This document shows, one piece after another, positions 42,649 to 55,507 of a stretch of 64,000 bases of DNA. The DNA is taken from positions 112,778,001 through 112,842,000 of the forward strand of contig NC_042999.1 in NCBI RefSeq assembly GCF_006345805.1. The letters run 5' to 3'. Each line of letters begins with the position of its first letter. Position 1 is the first letter of the stretch. This stretch comes from Octopus sinensis. Its lineage: Eukaryota. The notes under the pieces were generated by a model. That model saw only the letters and a program-made list of their open reading frames with translations, searched no databases and was not told where the DNA came from. Position numbers and translations under genes: made by a program.

Positions 42649-42964
42649 CAGTGGTTCCCAAAGTGGGCAGTGTTGCCCCCCTGGGGGGGGGGGTGCAGTA
42701 GAAAGTTCCAAGGGGTGTTGAAGCAAAGTGGGGCGATAATGGGGGTGTGATTCATGTAAAAAGTGGGGCGGCAATGGGGTAGCAATTCATTTAAAAACAA
42801 CAAAATAAAGGGTTCATTAGGTTAAGTTTTATTTGTGAAATGCAGTTGCTTTGAATTTGCTTCAGAATGAAGTCTATGTTTGTGATGGTTAGTTGGGGTG
42901 GGGGTGCTAGAAATGTGACCTGAGTGTCAAGGAGGCAGCACCTGAAAATGTTTGGGAACCACAG
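42649..42964. mobile_element. hAT-type MITE
   Basis: TIR cagtggttcccaaa / tttgggaaccacag; imperfect 8-bp TSD tactaatg / atctaatg. Confidence 0.75.
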
Positions 42965-43061
42965 ATCTAATGTACCCAGTCAGTTTATACATCAGCAGCT
43001 ATACAGTATGTCATGTTTTCAGGAATTTCAATTTATGTTTCTCAAGTACTAGTGTGTACAT

Positions 43062-43390
43062 TAGTGAGGGCGCGTGGCTTAGTGGTTAGGGCATTCGGCT
43101 CATGATCGTAAGGTTGTGAGTTCGATTCCCGGCGACGCGTTGTGTCCTTGAGCAAGACACTTTATTTCACGTTGCTCCAGTCCACTCAGCTGGCAAAAAT
43201 GAGTTGTACTTGTATTTCAAAGGGTCAGCCTTGTCACTCTCTGTGTCACGCTGATTATCCCCGAGAACTACGTTAAGGGTACACGTGTCTGTGGAATGCT
43301 CAGCCATTTGCACGTTAATTTCACGAGCAAGCTGTTCCGTTGATCGTATCAGCTGGGACCCTCGTCGTCGTAACCGGCGGAGTCTTTTAA
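43062..43390 (+). mobile_element. tRNA-derived CORE-like SINE, well preserved
   Basis: A box tggcttagtggttagg, B box gttcgattcc; 11-bp TSD agtgtgtacat. Confidence 0.9.
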
Positions 43391-45297
43391 AGTGTGTACA
43401 TGAGGAAGACTACACTTCAATACGAGAGAACATATACACAGACCACCAAATGGCACACAAGCTTGGTATTAGTATTACTCAATAGGGTATTAATAACCAA
43501 CATAGTAAAAGCAAGTGGTTTATAATGTTACATAAAAGTGAGCTCAAAAGCTTAGCAATTACACTAGCTTAGCAGCTGAATTAAAAATAAAAACCATAGC
43601 AGTCAAGGAATGTGTCCATAATTCTTTTATAATGAGTACAAGCGAACTGATATACAGTCACTTTTATGAAGACATTGACAAATTGTCTATAAAGATAGAC
43701 ATCAGCATGTTGAAGAAAATAGAACTAGTAAGATAGGGCATTCACACAATAGTTGTTGACTTTGAACATTTTTACCCTTGTTTTCCTTGAGGTATCTAAT
43801 TCTTTTTGATATAAGAAAGGAGACTTTTAATATATTCTTCAAACTTGGGATACACCTAATTTTGGAACAAGGACAACAATTTGAAGGGAGGAGTCAAGTG
43901 AATTACATCAATCCCAGTACTTAACTGATACTTTATTCTATTGACCCCAAAAGGATGAAAAGTAAAATTGATATCAGCAGGATTTGAACACAGAATGGTG
44001 CATTAGATTTTTCAAAACTTGCTGATACACTGACCTCCTCATCACTACTAACTTTAAAAGGTGTATACTGATTGCATTTGTGCAACACAATGCTGAAAAA
44101 TGTTCCTTATTTTACAACTACTTGTAGAGGCTTCATCTTAAATATTTGTGTAGTGATTGCCAATACAAACTATTTTCATATCTATTATACACTTTGAATA
44201 TTACGAACCCTTGACACTTAACTAAACCCCTTAAGTTCTTCCTGAATGATTTAATTTTTATTCAACTGTTATCAATCCACTATTGGATGAAAGCCTCAGC
44301 ATGACGTTGCTCACTTATCTATACTGGTTGTAGGTCTACTAGTCCATGCCAGCCAATTGCAGGTTGAATCATGCAATCCTGTGGTCAAATGATTAGCTCT
44401 GGTCGAGTGTGTGTGTATGTGTGTGTGAGCATGCATGCGTACATAAATCATAACATTTTCATCTTGGTTCATTTCTAAATAGGCAAGCAAATTGTCATGT
44501 ATATATCTACTCTCAATCACTGTAAGAAAGAGAAATATTGATTTCTTTTCTTGAGACCTAAAATCAATTTTAGTAGAAGAAAGGAATTATCGTCGTCACT
44601 GTCATCATCATTATCATCGTCATCATCATCACCATCATCTTCATCCTCATCACAACCACCATCATTATTTTATGTTCATTTTTCCATTCTGATATGGGTT
44701 GGATAGGTTTTCACAGTATCTCAACACTTGTTCCTATCCTACATCATTTATCACACAGCAACAGAGGAAAACAAACCAATGAGAGAGCCTCTATGCAGTC
44801 ACTTGACTTGCTAGAAACAGAAGTCAAATTTTCCTCATATACTAGAGTCTTCAAATAGAACACATGGGTAAATGCAATGCTAGATATACAAAAAGCAGTA
44901 TCAGTCATTAGACTGCAGTGGAGCACTACCTTGAGGGGTTTAGTTGAACAAATCAACCCCAGTACTTATTTTTCAAGCATGGTACTTATTTTATCAGTCT
45001 ATTGCCGAACAGCTAAATTAGGAGGGTGTAAATAAACCAATATTGGTTGGAAAGTAGTGGGTAGGTTAAACACAAACATCGACACATATATATACACTGG
45101 CAACTTTTTCCCATCTTGTAAGGATAAAAATAGCCAATCCTTCTCTGGTGTTCTTACAGCCTTACTACATTAGAAATTTAATTTCTTGTCTGCAATATAA
45201 ACATATATCATCATCATCATCATCATCATCATCGTCATCATCATCATCATTAGGTACATATACCCCACATATATACAATTAAGTATACTTATATATA

Positions 45298-45328
<31 letters not shown>

Positions 45329-45914
45329 TACATATAAGTATACTTGTATGTCCATTCCTCACTTTCAGCCATCTTATCTCCTTTCTTCTATAGAATGCCT
45401 CCCCTCCTCTATTCTTTCTAGTCTCATCTTGTCTTTCCTTTCTTTCACCTTAGTCCTTCCCATCCAAATCATCACTTCTCTTCCTTTTTCCTCTTTATCT
45501 CTCTTTCACTTGCTTCTTTTCTCTCCCCTCCCCCACCTCCCCATGCCTGTACCATTCCTTCAGTGTTCTGCTTTGTTATAACTAGAAATGGCTCCAACTG
45601 AAAGTAGCATTAATTTTTTTAGGTCATTCAACTTTTCTCAACTGATCAATAGACCAATTGATAAAAACCTATAATGATCATTAGAAATGGCTGTAAGCCA
45701 AATTTACTCTAATAAAAGAAAAATACGTAACAATCATTATTCATACCTTGTCTTGTGCTTATACACACACACACACACACACACATATATATGTATTTTA
45801 CTTGTTTCAGTCATTTGACTGTGGCCATGCTGGAGCACCACCTTTAGTTGAGCAAATCGACCCCAGGACTTATTCTTTGGAAGCCTAGTACTTATTTTAT
45901 CGGTCTCTTTTGCC

Positions 45915-45949
<35 letters not shown>

Positions 45950-46283
45950 GAGAGAGAGAGAGAAATAATATATCCAGGAAGGTACCACTCAAACTCTAGT
46001 ATAATCGAAGTTACAGCTAACCACATTGAATGGTAAGGAGTAACCTGAGACTATTTGAGGTAAACAATCCCAATGAATTTCATCTGATGGGTAAATTGCT
46101 TCATTGGATTATAAACATTTTACTGAGTGTATATCCAAAGCAATTCAAATATATAAAAAGAATAATACATCTACAGTTTTTATGACAGTCAATTATAGAG
46201 CACATTTAATTTAAATCTCTGTCCAACATATGTTTCTACTGCATGGATATCTCGCAATGTAATTTACATTGGCGTCCAATATG

Positions 46284-46385
46284 TTCAACTGATTAAGAGT
46301 CTATGCAACTTTATTCAAGGTTCAATTCAAACTATAATAGCGACAACACCTTGAATAAAGCTGCGTAGACTTTTAACCGGTCGAA
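46284..46385. repeat. 37-bp-arm inverted repeat
   Basis: 46284-46320 vs 46349-46385, 6 transitions. Confidence 0.8.
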
Positions 46386-48081
46386 AAAACTTGATGGTAA
46401 ATATGCTGTATAATTAAGTATAATAAAAACTGTGTAGATGTGTTATTCTCCTTATCTATCTGAATTGTCATTTATATATGCATATAAAAAGTTGAAAATG
46501 CACTGGGAGTCATTTAGATTTTTTATTTTTTTATTTTTGAAGATTTAACTGGCTTCACAGATTTCTCTGCTTTTCAAAAATTCAAAATAGAAAGACATTG
46601 AGCTTTGCCACAATTGTCTTGTTTTTATTGAGAGAACATGACTCAAATTAATGTCTGTTTTGGATACGTTTTTATTGGTCAAAAATGATCTCATGATTAG
46701 GTTTAGAAATTTCTCTTTTTTCTCTGTTACATCCATTCTTTAATATCATGTAACAATCTATTATAATAAAAGCAAAATTCTGTCTGTCTGGGACCCCCAT
46801 ATCTCAGTCTACATTTGCTCTACATAGATATATTATATCTTTTTGGAATCAGAATTCTCTCAGGATTAAAAATCTGCCCTTCATTTGGTTCTTGAACATC
46901 CAGCATTGGGATCTGATTTAAAATTATTTGCGTTGCTACTTCTAGCTGGTAAAGCTTGGCTGATTTGTGCCATCTTGGTTGGCGTTTGTCAGACAATGTC
47001 AGAGATCAAGGGGGGAGATAAATGACATTTGCTTCTTTAGTTTTACGTGGAGATAAGAAATTTGGGATAAACTGGCCAACTGTTTGAATTCAAATTGGTA
47101 CTGGAACAATAGAATAATTGCATTACAGAATTAATTCTCATCCATCCTTATCCTCTGATCAAACACCACAATGGCATATAGTCATTATAGACATATTATA
47201 GTCATGCTATTCAGCTCTCTTTAGTTTGGGGTAAGCCCAATCAGCCCTCTGCAGGAGCTAGCTTAAAAGTCCTCATTGAGTGTGGCTTTTAAGCTATTAT
47301 ACATATAAAATCCTTCAATGTGATTAGGACAAGCCCAGTATCAAATACTGATAGGTTTGTTTGAAGTACCCAGGATCTGGACAGTTTGTTTCTCCTTGGG
47401 GTCAAAGGCTTTAGCTACCACAGCAAGGCTCTCTGTGATTGGTGTGTTAAGGTTGTCAGTATCAGGACTAAAGTGCGCCTTTCTATCCTGTATCAGTTGG
47501 TGTTGTTTAGTCCCAGGTCAGGTCCAAGGTCCCTTCTATCCTGTATCAATTGATGTTATTTAGACCCAAAGTATTCCTGCCATGACAATCTGTCCTTTTT
47601 TAGACATCTAGAATTACATTATCCAATGCGCCTTTTTAAAAGACAGCAGGATGCAATTTGAAAAATATTTGGCTCCTCTTTCTGATAGTTCGCAAGACTA
47701 CATAGAAGCTTCCTCGTTTGCATCAAGCTTTGGCAGATTGTATATCATCTCCATTTTATTATTTGGTACCCTTTTACTATTCTTAAAGTAATGAAAGATA
47801 AAGTAATCTCTGCCTGTATTTGATTTCATTACATTGAGGGATCTCCAAGTCCGATTCATTTCTAGTTTCACTGATACCTCAATTTCCCATGTTAAACTAT
47901 ATCCAAGACATTTTCTTGTCTGCCTTAATTCTGTTTTCAGTTTGAAACTCCTGACTGCATAGTAACAGATAAATTGAACTAAGGAGAAATTGCCCTACTT
48001 TAAAGGTCACATCTTGCTTCTGATATTTGAATTAATGACGAATGTAACAAACATAAATCTGTATGGATACACACTCTTTTA

Positions 48082-48270
48082 TTGTTTTACTTGTTCTAGT
48101 CATTTGACTACGGATATGCTGGAGCACCTCCTTTAGTCGAGCAAATCGACCCCCAAGACTTAGTCATAGTAAGCCTAGTTCTTATTCTACTGATCTCTTC
48201 TAAGTTACAGGGATGTAAGTACACCAGCATCAGTTGTCAAGTGATGCTGGGGGGGGGGGCAAACACACAC
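48082..48270 (+). mobile_element. SINE of the gtcatttgactgcggccatgctggagcacc family (also ~310-510, 44850-45080, 45797-45915, 51395-51610, 58995-59100)
   Basis: Multiple dispersed homologous copies in the window. Confidence 0.7.
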
Positions 48271-48772
48271 ACACATACATATATATATATATGTCTTGTT
48301 ATTTTCCTTGTCCTGTCTTTTACTGCTTATATTTTGTACTGTCGTTACTGTCCTGTGTTTGTTACCATTTTTACCCCTCTGCAAAAAGATCTCAAATTTT
48401 ATTTGAATTGCTTTTCGCAGGAAGGAAAGTTTCTATCGAAGATACGTCTCGCCTTCACCTTCGAAACGTAGAGTAGATGAAACCATGGCGACTGAAGAAG
48501 GGGTTTTTTCCTTGTGTTTTGTCCTGTACTCTATTTTTGTTGTTGTTTAAGAAAAATGTCCAGTTCCTTGGGTTTGTGTCTATGTTTTCGTTTCTCATTG
48601 TGTTCGACGTTTTTTTTTTGGTGTCCTGTACTCATATATGCGTGTATATATACATGTAGAGGTAGGTACGTACATATATGTATATATATATGCATATGTT
48701 TTATTTATTAATATATTATATGACGGAACGCACGCATCCCTTTCTAAGTAAGATTGTTCTTGATATATATAT

Positions 48773-48850
<78 letters not shown>

Positions 48851-50042
48851 GACCGGCTTCTTTCAGTTTCTGTCTACCAAATCCACTCACAAAGCTTTGG
48901 CCAGCCCGAAGCTATTGTAGGAGACATCTGCCCATATAGTTGGTAAGCTACTTACCACACAGCTACTCATACACATTTTTTAAAGTCCACAGATACACAC
49001 GTTTTAAATCTGCTGAGTCTATGTTATATAGGCCATAATAACTAGACGAGTTACATAAATTTTTTTTCAAGTTCAGGTAGATGTTTAATGGTCTGAAATA
49101 ACTCAGATAACCAAAAGGCCACAAACCAATTATAGCTAGTTGCTACTTAGTCATAATAGCTTAGACAATTTACACAGAAATAGGCCTTCAATGGATTATT
49201 TTTCAACATTCGAATTTTACTCGCCTCTCCTCTGTGATGTGTATAGGTTTAGTCATGTGTCTGTTTACGTATGCGTGTACTTGCTCTATTAACATTTGGC
49301 CATTGAAAACCGAACAAACAAAAGTACCCCCCACCAGCCGCATGTTATCTTCCTCACGTGTTTACTGCTTTTATCGACAGCTCAACCAAGAGCTAACTTG
49401 TCATTTAAACTTTAGGCTTAAATAGCTTACAAACGGCTGTTGTCTGTAATATTAGATGTTGTGCTTGGTTTAATTTCTTTCTTTTTTTATTTGTTATTTC
49501 TATGACATATTTATCTAGAGGATGAACATGCACACAAACTACTTCAGTTTCATTGTCGCGCTTAATTTTCATAATTTCCAGTAGATAGTTGACCGAAAAT
49601 TAAATTGATAACAAAGCTACCAATTTAATAAAAAAAACATCTATGTATGTGTGTGTGTGTGTGTATTGGGTCGCGAGAAACAAATCGCAACAAAAAAGTT
49701 TGAAAAACGCTCTTAGACGACTCACGCACACACACACACAATGTACACATCTGTTTATACATGTATACATATATATATATATTTAGAGTCTCATGCTAAT
49801 GCTATGAGTTAAGTGAGACTATATATATTTATTTAACCGAGGTCGACTTTGCCTTTCATCCTTTCGAGATCGATAAAGTACCAGTTTCGTAGTGGGTCGA
49901 TGTAATTGACTTAAATCTCTTTATCTGTCCTTGTTTGTCCCCTTGTGGGCAATAAAGAAATATATATATGTATATATGTATGTATGTAGAAACAGATGCA
50001 CACAGATACGTGTATATGTGTGTGTGCGTGAGTCGTCTAGGA

Positions 50043-50108
50043 CAGCGTTTTTCAGATTTTTTGTTGCGATCCAACGAAGGGTCGGGACCCACAGTTTGAA
50101 AAACGCTG
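50043..50108. mobile_element. 66-bp hAT-like miniature element
   Basis: cagcgtttttca / tgaaaaacgctg TIR. Confidence 0.55.
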
Positions 50109-50173
50109 GTCTCTTAGATGGTCAGGGAAAAGATGCACTCGTATATCTGTCAGTGGAGTGGATATATTATCCC

Positions 50174-50433
50174 AAAAATATAGTATTAAATCTCCATCAC
50201 GGTTGATCTTACCAATCGGTTTCGCGTAAAGAATATAATGGAGTGTTTGGTAACAATCTGGTTATATAATACCTCCAACAATAAAGAGCAGTCGCCATAT
50301 TCCCTTCCATATCGGCTAACTCTGATGAGCGTAAAGTTATATAATCGGATTGTTACTTAACACTCCAATGTATTTCTTAACACGAAACCGATTGGTAAGA
50401 TCAGCCGTGATGGATATTTAATACTATACTTTT
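50174..50433 (+). mobile_element. Fold-back element (96-bp arms) containing a hammerhead ribozyme
   Basis: 50174-50269 is inverted relative to 50337-50433 (~85% identical). Confidence 0.75.
50313..50407 (+). ncRNA. Type I hammerhead ribozyme candidate
   Basis: CGGCUaaCU-CUGAUGA-GCGUAAAG..CUUAACAC-GAAA-CC(GAUU)GG-UA|AGaucAGCCG. Confidence 0.65.
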
Positions 50434-50487
50434 ATGTGTGTGTGTGTGTGCATACATAAATGTGTATGTGTGTATATATATATATCA

Positions 50488-50780
50488 TCATCATCATCAT
50501 CATCGTTTAACGTCCGTTCTCCATGCTAGCATGGGTTGGACGGTTCGACCGGGGATCTGGGAAGCCAGAAGGCTGCACCAGGCTCCGGTCTTATCTGGCA
50601 ATGTTTCTACAGCTGGATGCCCTTCCTAACGCCAACCACTCCGTGAGTGTAGTGGGTGCTTTTTACGTGCCACCTGCACTGGTACCAGGCGAGGCTGGCA
50701 TCGGCCACGGTCGGATTGGTGCATTTTACATGCCACCTGCACGGAAGCCAGTCGAGGCGGCACTGGCTTCGGCCACGATA
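50488..50780 (-). mobile_element. RTE LINE 3'UTR-derived repeat
   Basis: (CAT)n-tttaacgtccg family. Confidence 0.75.
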
Positions 50781-50888
50781 TATATATATAGTTAATCCAA
50801 ACATGAACAATGAGAAAACACAACAACCCAAAGACATGGAACAAGTATAGTTTTATTGGACGCTCAGGAAAGGAAAGAAAGAAGGAGG

Positions 50889-50923
50889 ATTTAACGTTTC
50901 GAGCGGAGCTCTTCGTCAGAAAC
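50889..50923 (-). ncRNA. Minimal Penelope-type hammerhead ribozyme
   Basis: GUUU-CUGACGA-a-GAGC(UCC)GCUC-GAAA-CG-UU|AAAU. Confidence 0.6.
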
Positions 50924-51036
50924 ATAGAAAAAGGAAAGGTTCAAGGAAGGAAAGACGGAGAAAAAAAATCGCCAACAATACACATGCAGTCACATATTGA
51001 AATGACCGGAATGGAATATATATATATATTATTTTA

Positions 51037-51344
51037 TTTTAACGATAATGTTTAGTCACTCCAATGAACTTCAAGCCTTTCGACAGCCGTTTTCAAACTG
51101 AAATTCTGTGGTTTAAGAGGTTGTATATATAGCAGATGGAACCATATGGTTTATAAAAACATTTATGTACCTTGGAATTTGCACGAACCTCCTCCAAACC
51201 ACTATGTATTTTACAGAATCTTAAACTTAATGAAAAAGATCTTTTGCTGCATAAACAACCTTCTAAACCACAGAATTTCAGTTTGAAAACGGCTATCGCA
51301 AGGCTCGAAGCTCATTGGAGTGACCGTAAACATTATCGTTAAAA
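51037..51344. mobile_element. Fold-back MITE with ~100-bp TIRs
   Basis: 51037-51135 vs 51247-51344 inverted. Confidence 0.8.
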
Positions 51345-51777
51345 AAAAAATTATCCCCGCAAAAGCCATCTCTACTCCTTTTTTCCTGTGTGTGTGTGTG
51401 TGTGGAAACATATACATAGGTGTCAACAGCTTGGCAACCGGTGTTAGTTTATTTACGTCCCTGTGCATTAGCGGTTCGGCAAAAAAGAGATCGATAGAAT
51501 TAGTACCAAGCTTTAAAATATAAGTACTGGGGTTGATTTCTTTGGCTGAACTCCTCAAGGCAGTGTCCCAGCATAGCCACAATCTGATGACTGAAACAAG
51601 TAAAAGATAAAATATGTATATATACACATGCATATTCATGCATACATGCACAATTCATGTAAATAAATAAGTAAATTAATGATAAATATGAAATAAACAA
51701 TCAAAAGCCAACAAGGCTGAACGAGATATATGTAGAAAGTGGGTGTCAGATAAATTTAATTCAATATAATTTATGCA

Positions 51778-51791
51778 CGTTTATCTATCTA

Positions 51792-51828
<37 letters not shown>

Positions 51829-51952
51829 TTATCTATCTATCTATCTATTTATCTGTCTGTCTGTCTGTATGTCTGTCTGTCTATTTATCTATCTATCTGT
51901 CTGTCTATTTATCTATCTATCTATCTATCTATCTATTTATCTATCTGTCTGT
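51778..51952. repeat. (TCTA)n/(TCTG)n tetranucleotide array
   Basis: Direct reading. Confidence 0.9.
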
Positions 51953-53184
51953 TTGTGTGTGCATGTGCGCGTGATTGTGCACACATGTATCAAGCACATA
52001 CATATATGTTACTTTATATGTTTTATAGTTAATTCCTAACATTTAAAGCAGGAAGTATTAAAATTTAAAATAATTAAAGATAATTATGTGGAGAAGGAAA
52101 AACTATTAGCCTGTAACTAAAATTATTTTTATTACTTCAACACGTACAGATATATTTTGGCTTATGACTAAACTAATGAATGAATTTATCAGTGAAATAT
52201 AGACTTTGATGCAATTGCCAAGAAAGGGATTGAAGAATCGTGAAATAATTGTACAAACTGCACACTGGTTGCATAAAAAAGCCTAACTTGTTTAGAGAAG
52301 TAAGTTACTTATATAAGTTTACTTATCTATTAGTCTGAGAAAGAAAGATCACCACCTATTGACTCTTTAGATGCTCCAAAACTAAGAGACGAAAATGGAA
52401 CTACTTGAAACATTGCACAGAGAAAGGACTCTTAGTTGTCTAAGATAATTCAAACTCAACAAAGACAATGTCTGAAATTTCATACACCGCCATCAGCAAG
52501 TAGTCATCATTATCAACATTGTTTTAATGTCCACTTTTGCATCTTTGTATGGACTGGACAAAGTTTATTGAGGCCAATTTTCTTCAGCAGTATGTGTTTT
52601 CTGTCATCAACCTTCAACTGTTTGCAAGTAAAGCAATATTTACACATGGCAGGCATGTTTTTGCTGAATATTGGAAATGAATGACACTGTATGACAACAA
52701 CACTTGTTTACAACTATCACACAATATCAAGACAAGTAGACACACACACATACACCCGCGTGCACAATAGGCTTCTCTTAGTTTCTCTCTACCAAATTTA
52801 CTCACAAGGCTTTGGTCAGTCCTTTATGCAAATTATTGAAAAAGCTGTGCACTAGCTTACAAGACAGCAAACTTGAAGCTTGCTCCTTACTGTGGATCAA
52901 TTATAATAAATATTTTCAAGCTAAAGACAACTAGTCATAAGCAGCAAATTGACAGAGTCATTAAAACATCAGATGGAATGCTTCAAATTATTTGTTCCAA
53001 CTCTGTACTCAAACATCCAATAGATTGCAGATTCTTGTGCATGTTACCTGTCACCTGCTTCTTAGAAGCCATTTTGCATACAATGTGAGGTGTGATAAAA
53101 CTTATTTCAACACCCACAGAACTAAACAGTTCAGAAACATTTTCCTACCAGTTTATTGCAACATTTAATTAAGGAGAATGGAAT

Positions 53185-53411
53185 TTAATCTTTTAGCTTT
53201 CAGATTACTCTATCAAATGTAATGCTTATTTATTCGTAATGCTCTGAATTAAGCAGGCATAATCTCATAGCCTTCAGATTTCAATGATGTGATGTTTATT
53301 TTTAGAATGATATTGTAAGATATGTGTGAGAGGTCAGATCTGGTGATCTTGAATACAAAACAGGTAGAATATTTACACTGGATATGGCTGGTTTAAATGC
53401 TAGAGGGCTAA
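53185..53411. mobile_element. piggyBac-type MITE, third copy
   Basis: Homologous to 30813-31027. Confidence 0.6.
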
Positions 53412-53654
53412 ACCAAGTACCACAGATTAATGAAACATGAGTTATACTGTGACCCTCTGAATACAGTTAAGTAATCCAAATCAGTGTTTCTGGTGTGGAG
53501 GGAGGGCTAAGGGGATTGAAAAAGAGTTAGCAAATTGCTATGCTTAATTACATTAACCCTTTTGTTACTATATTTATATTGAAATATACTGCATTTGTTT
53601 TAGTTAATTTTGAAAATAATGAAGAATTTATTGAAATATTTTTTTTGTTATCTG

Positions 53655-54230
53655 CTGTCACAGATTTCATAGTTTTTCAATTTTGTTCCAATTATTTTCA
53701 GATTTGATTATATTAAATCAGTTTCGTACGCTATGAAAATGAAATAAATTTTTGCTGAATTAATAAATAAAAAGTTAATAGATTTTAAAGTTTGCAAATC
53801 TTGTGTAATTTTAGCCATTGAGAGCCACCATTATACACATGACCGTAAATCTCGCATTGTTGTCTGCTTCCAATAGTAATGAGCAAAATTGTAGTCTACT
53901 CTGCATTCATTGTAACAAGGATGCTGTACTCTGCAACTATAACACTTTCACCATCACAACCACTACCACAAGTTTTGCAAAGTGATACTATTTTGTACTG
54001 GTTATTTCTGTTTATCATTTTGTGACAGGCAGGCATCACACAGAAAATGCAAGGCTTCCAATTCCTGTTTTATGATTGGATTAAAACTGATCAAACTTTG
54101 AACATCCGTAACATATTTCTAAATTTCTGAGAATAAAGGAATCCCAAATTCAGATTCAGCATGAAAAATTACATCAATATACCAAATTTGAAAAGTTTCA
54201 CTTAATTTTTAAATTTCCAAATCTGTGACA
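53655..54230. mobile_element. Non-autonomous DNA transposon candidate
   Basis: 12-bp TIR tgtcacagattt / aaatctgtgaca; no clear TSD. Confidence 0.35.
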
Positions 54231-55161
54231 ATAATCACAAAGATCTGAAAGATGAATTATAGGGATACAAACTCTATTTTGTCTTACTAATAAAGAAGAG
54301 GTGGTACAAAAGTGCTACGAGTATTTGGTGGGAGTGCTAGTATTTGTCAGTCTGAAAACCACTGAATTAGATCATTGAAATATAAGTATCTTAGTTATGA
54401 ATATACTGTGAAATTTGAACCTTCAACAACCTAGCTACCAGACCAACTTCCTAATGAACCAGACAGTTGCTGTTATTTATACAGTAATGAGATATGTTCA
54501 GTAAGGTGAAAAAAGGAAATGTGAATTAGTTGGGAAAAAACATTTGGTAAGTAAAGTGAAGTTGATAAAATGGGTGGATAAACGGTGTGATCTGATAAAG
54601 TTGATGGCTAATAAAAAGCATTAGTTGATGTCTGCGAAAGATATGACTGTTGTAATATGACTATGAAATGATCATGAATGACTTGAGTAAAAATTGTCTC
54701 ATGGATTTTTGTTTATGTCCAGAGCATTATTAATTGATGAGACTTACGATCAAAGTTATTTCAGCTATAACTATTCACTTTTCTGCCAGATATAGTGTAT
54801 TATTCAATACATCCTCTCTTTTTAAATACAGTGGAGTGTAATTTAAGAGAGATTTGGTTGCTATTTCTAGCAGATCAAGTGATCATAGAGATGTTCCCCT
54901 TGTTGGATATTGCTGTGGTTTAAACTTAGGCCAGCCCTAATCAAGAAAATTTATTATCAAAGACATTTCAGCTATGACCATACTATCTGTAACCATGAAT
55001 CCATATTAAAATGTATTTTTTCTAAGACAGTAGGATATATATAAGTGAAATTTGCCTACTATTTCTAGTAGTTTGAGAAATGCATAGAGATTCTTTTGTT
55101 GGCTCATCATGTTATATTTGGTGGCAGTGAAATGAGAGAGGATCAGGTTTTAGAAAATATA

Positions 55162-55507
55162 GAGGAGCGCTCTGTCGGTTACAACAACGAACATCCCAGC
55201 TGATATGATCAACGGAACAGCTTGCTTGGAACAGCTTGCTCGTGAAATTAACATGCAAGTGGTTGAGCACTCCACAAACACGTGTACTCTTAATGTAGTT
55301 CTCAGGGAGATTCAGCCTGACACAGAGTGTGACAAGGCTGGCCCTTTGAAATAGAGGTACTACCCATTTTTGCTAGCTGAGTGGACTGGAACAACATGAA
55401 ATAAAGTGACTTGCTCAAGGACACAACGCATCACTGGGAATTGACCTCACGACCATATGATCATGAGCCGAATGCCCTAACCACTAAGCCATGTGCCTTC
55501 ACAGAGA
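55162..55507 (-). mobile_element. tRNA-derived CORE-like SINE
   Basis: Reverse complement of the 43062-43390 family; TSD agaaaatata. Confidence 0.8.

Noticed and set aside
43068-43135. tRNA gene
   Set aside because: tRNA-like head of a SINE with downstream body and TSD
46757-46900. Helitron-like 5' end (tctattataataaaagc...tctgtctgtctg)
   Set aside because: No matching 3' hairpin plus CTRR end identified
48430-48505. GAAACGUA and CUGAAGAAGG motifs suggesting a permuted hammerhead
   Set aside because: No stem I forms in either topology; at best a decayed pLTR-like unit
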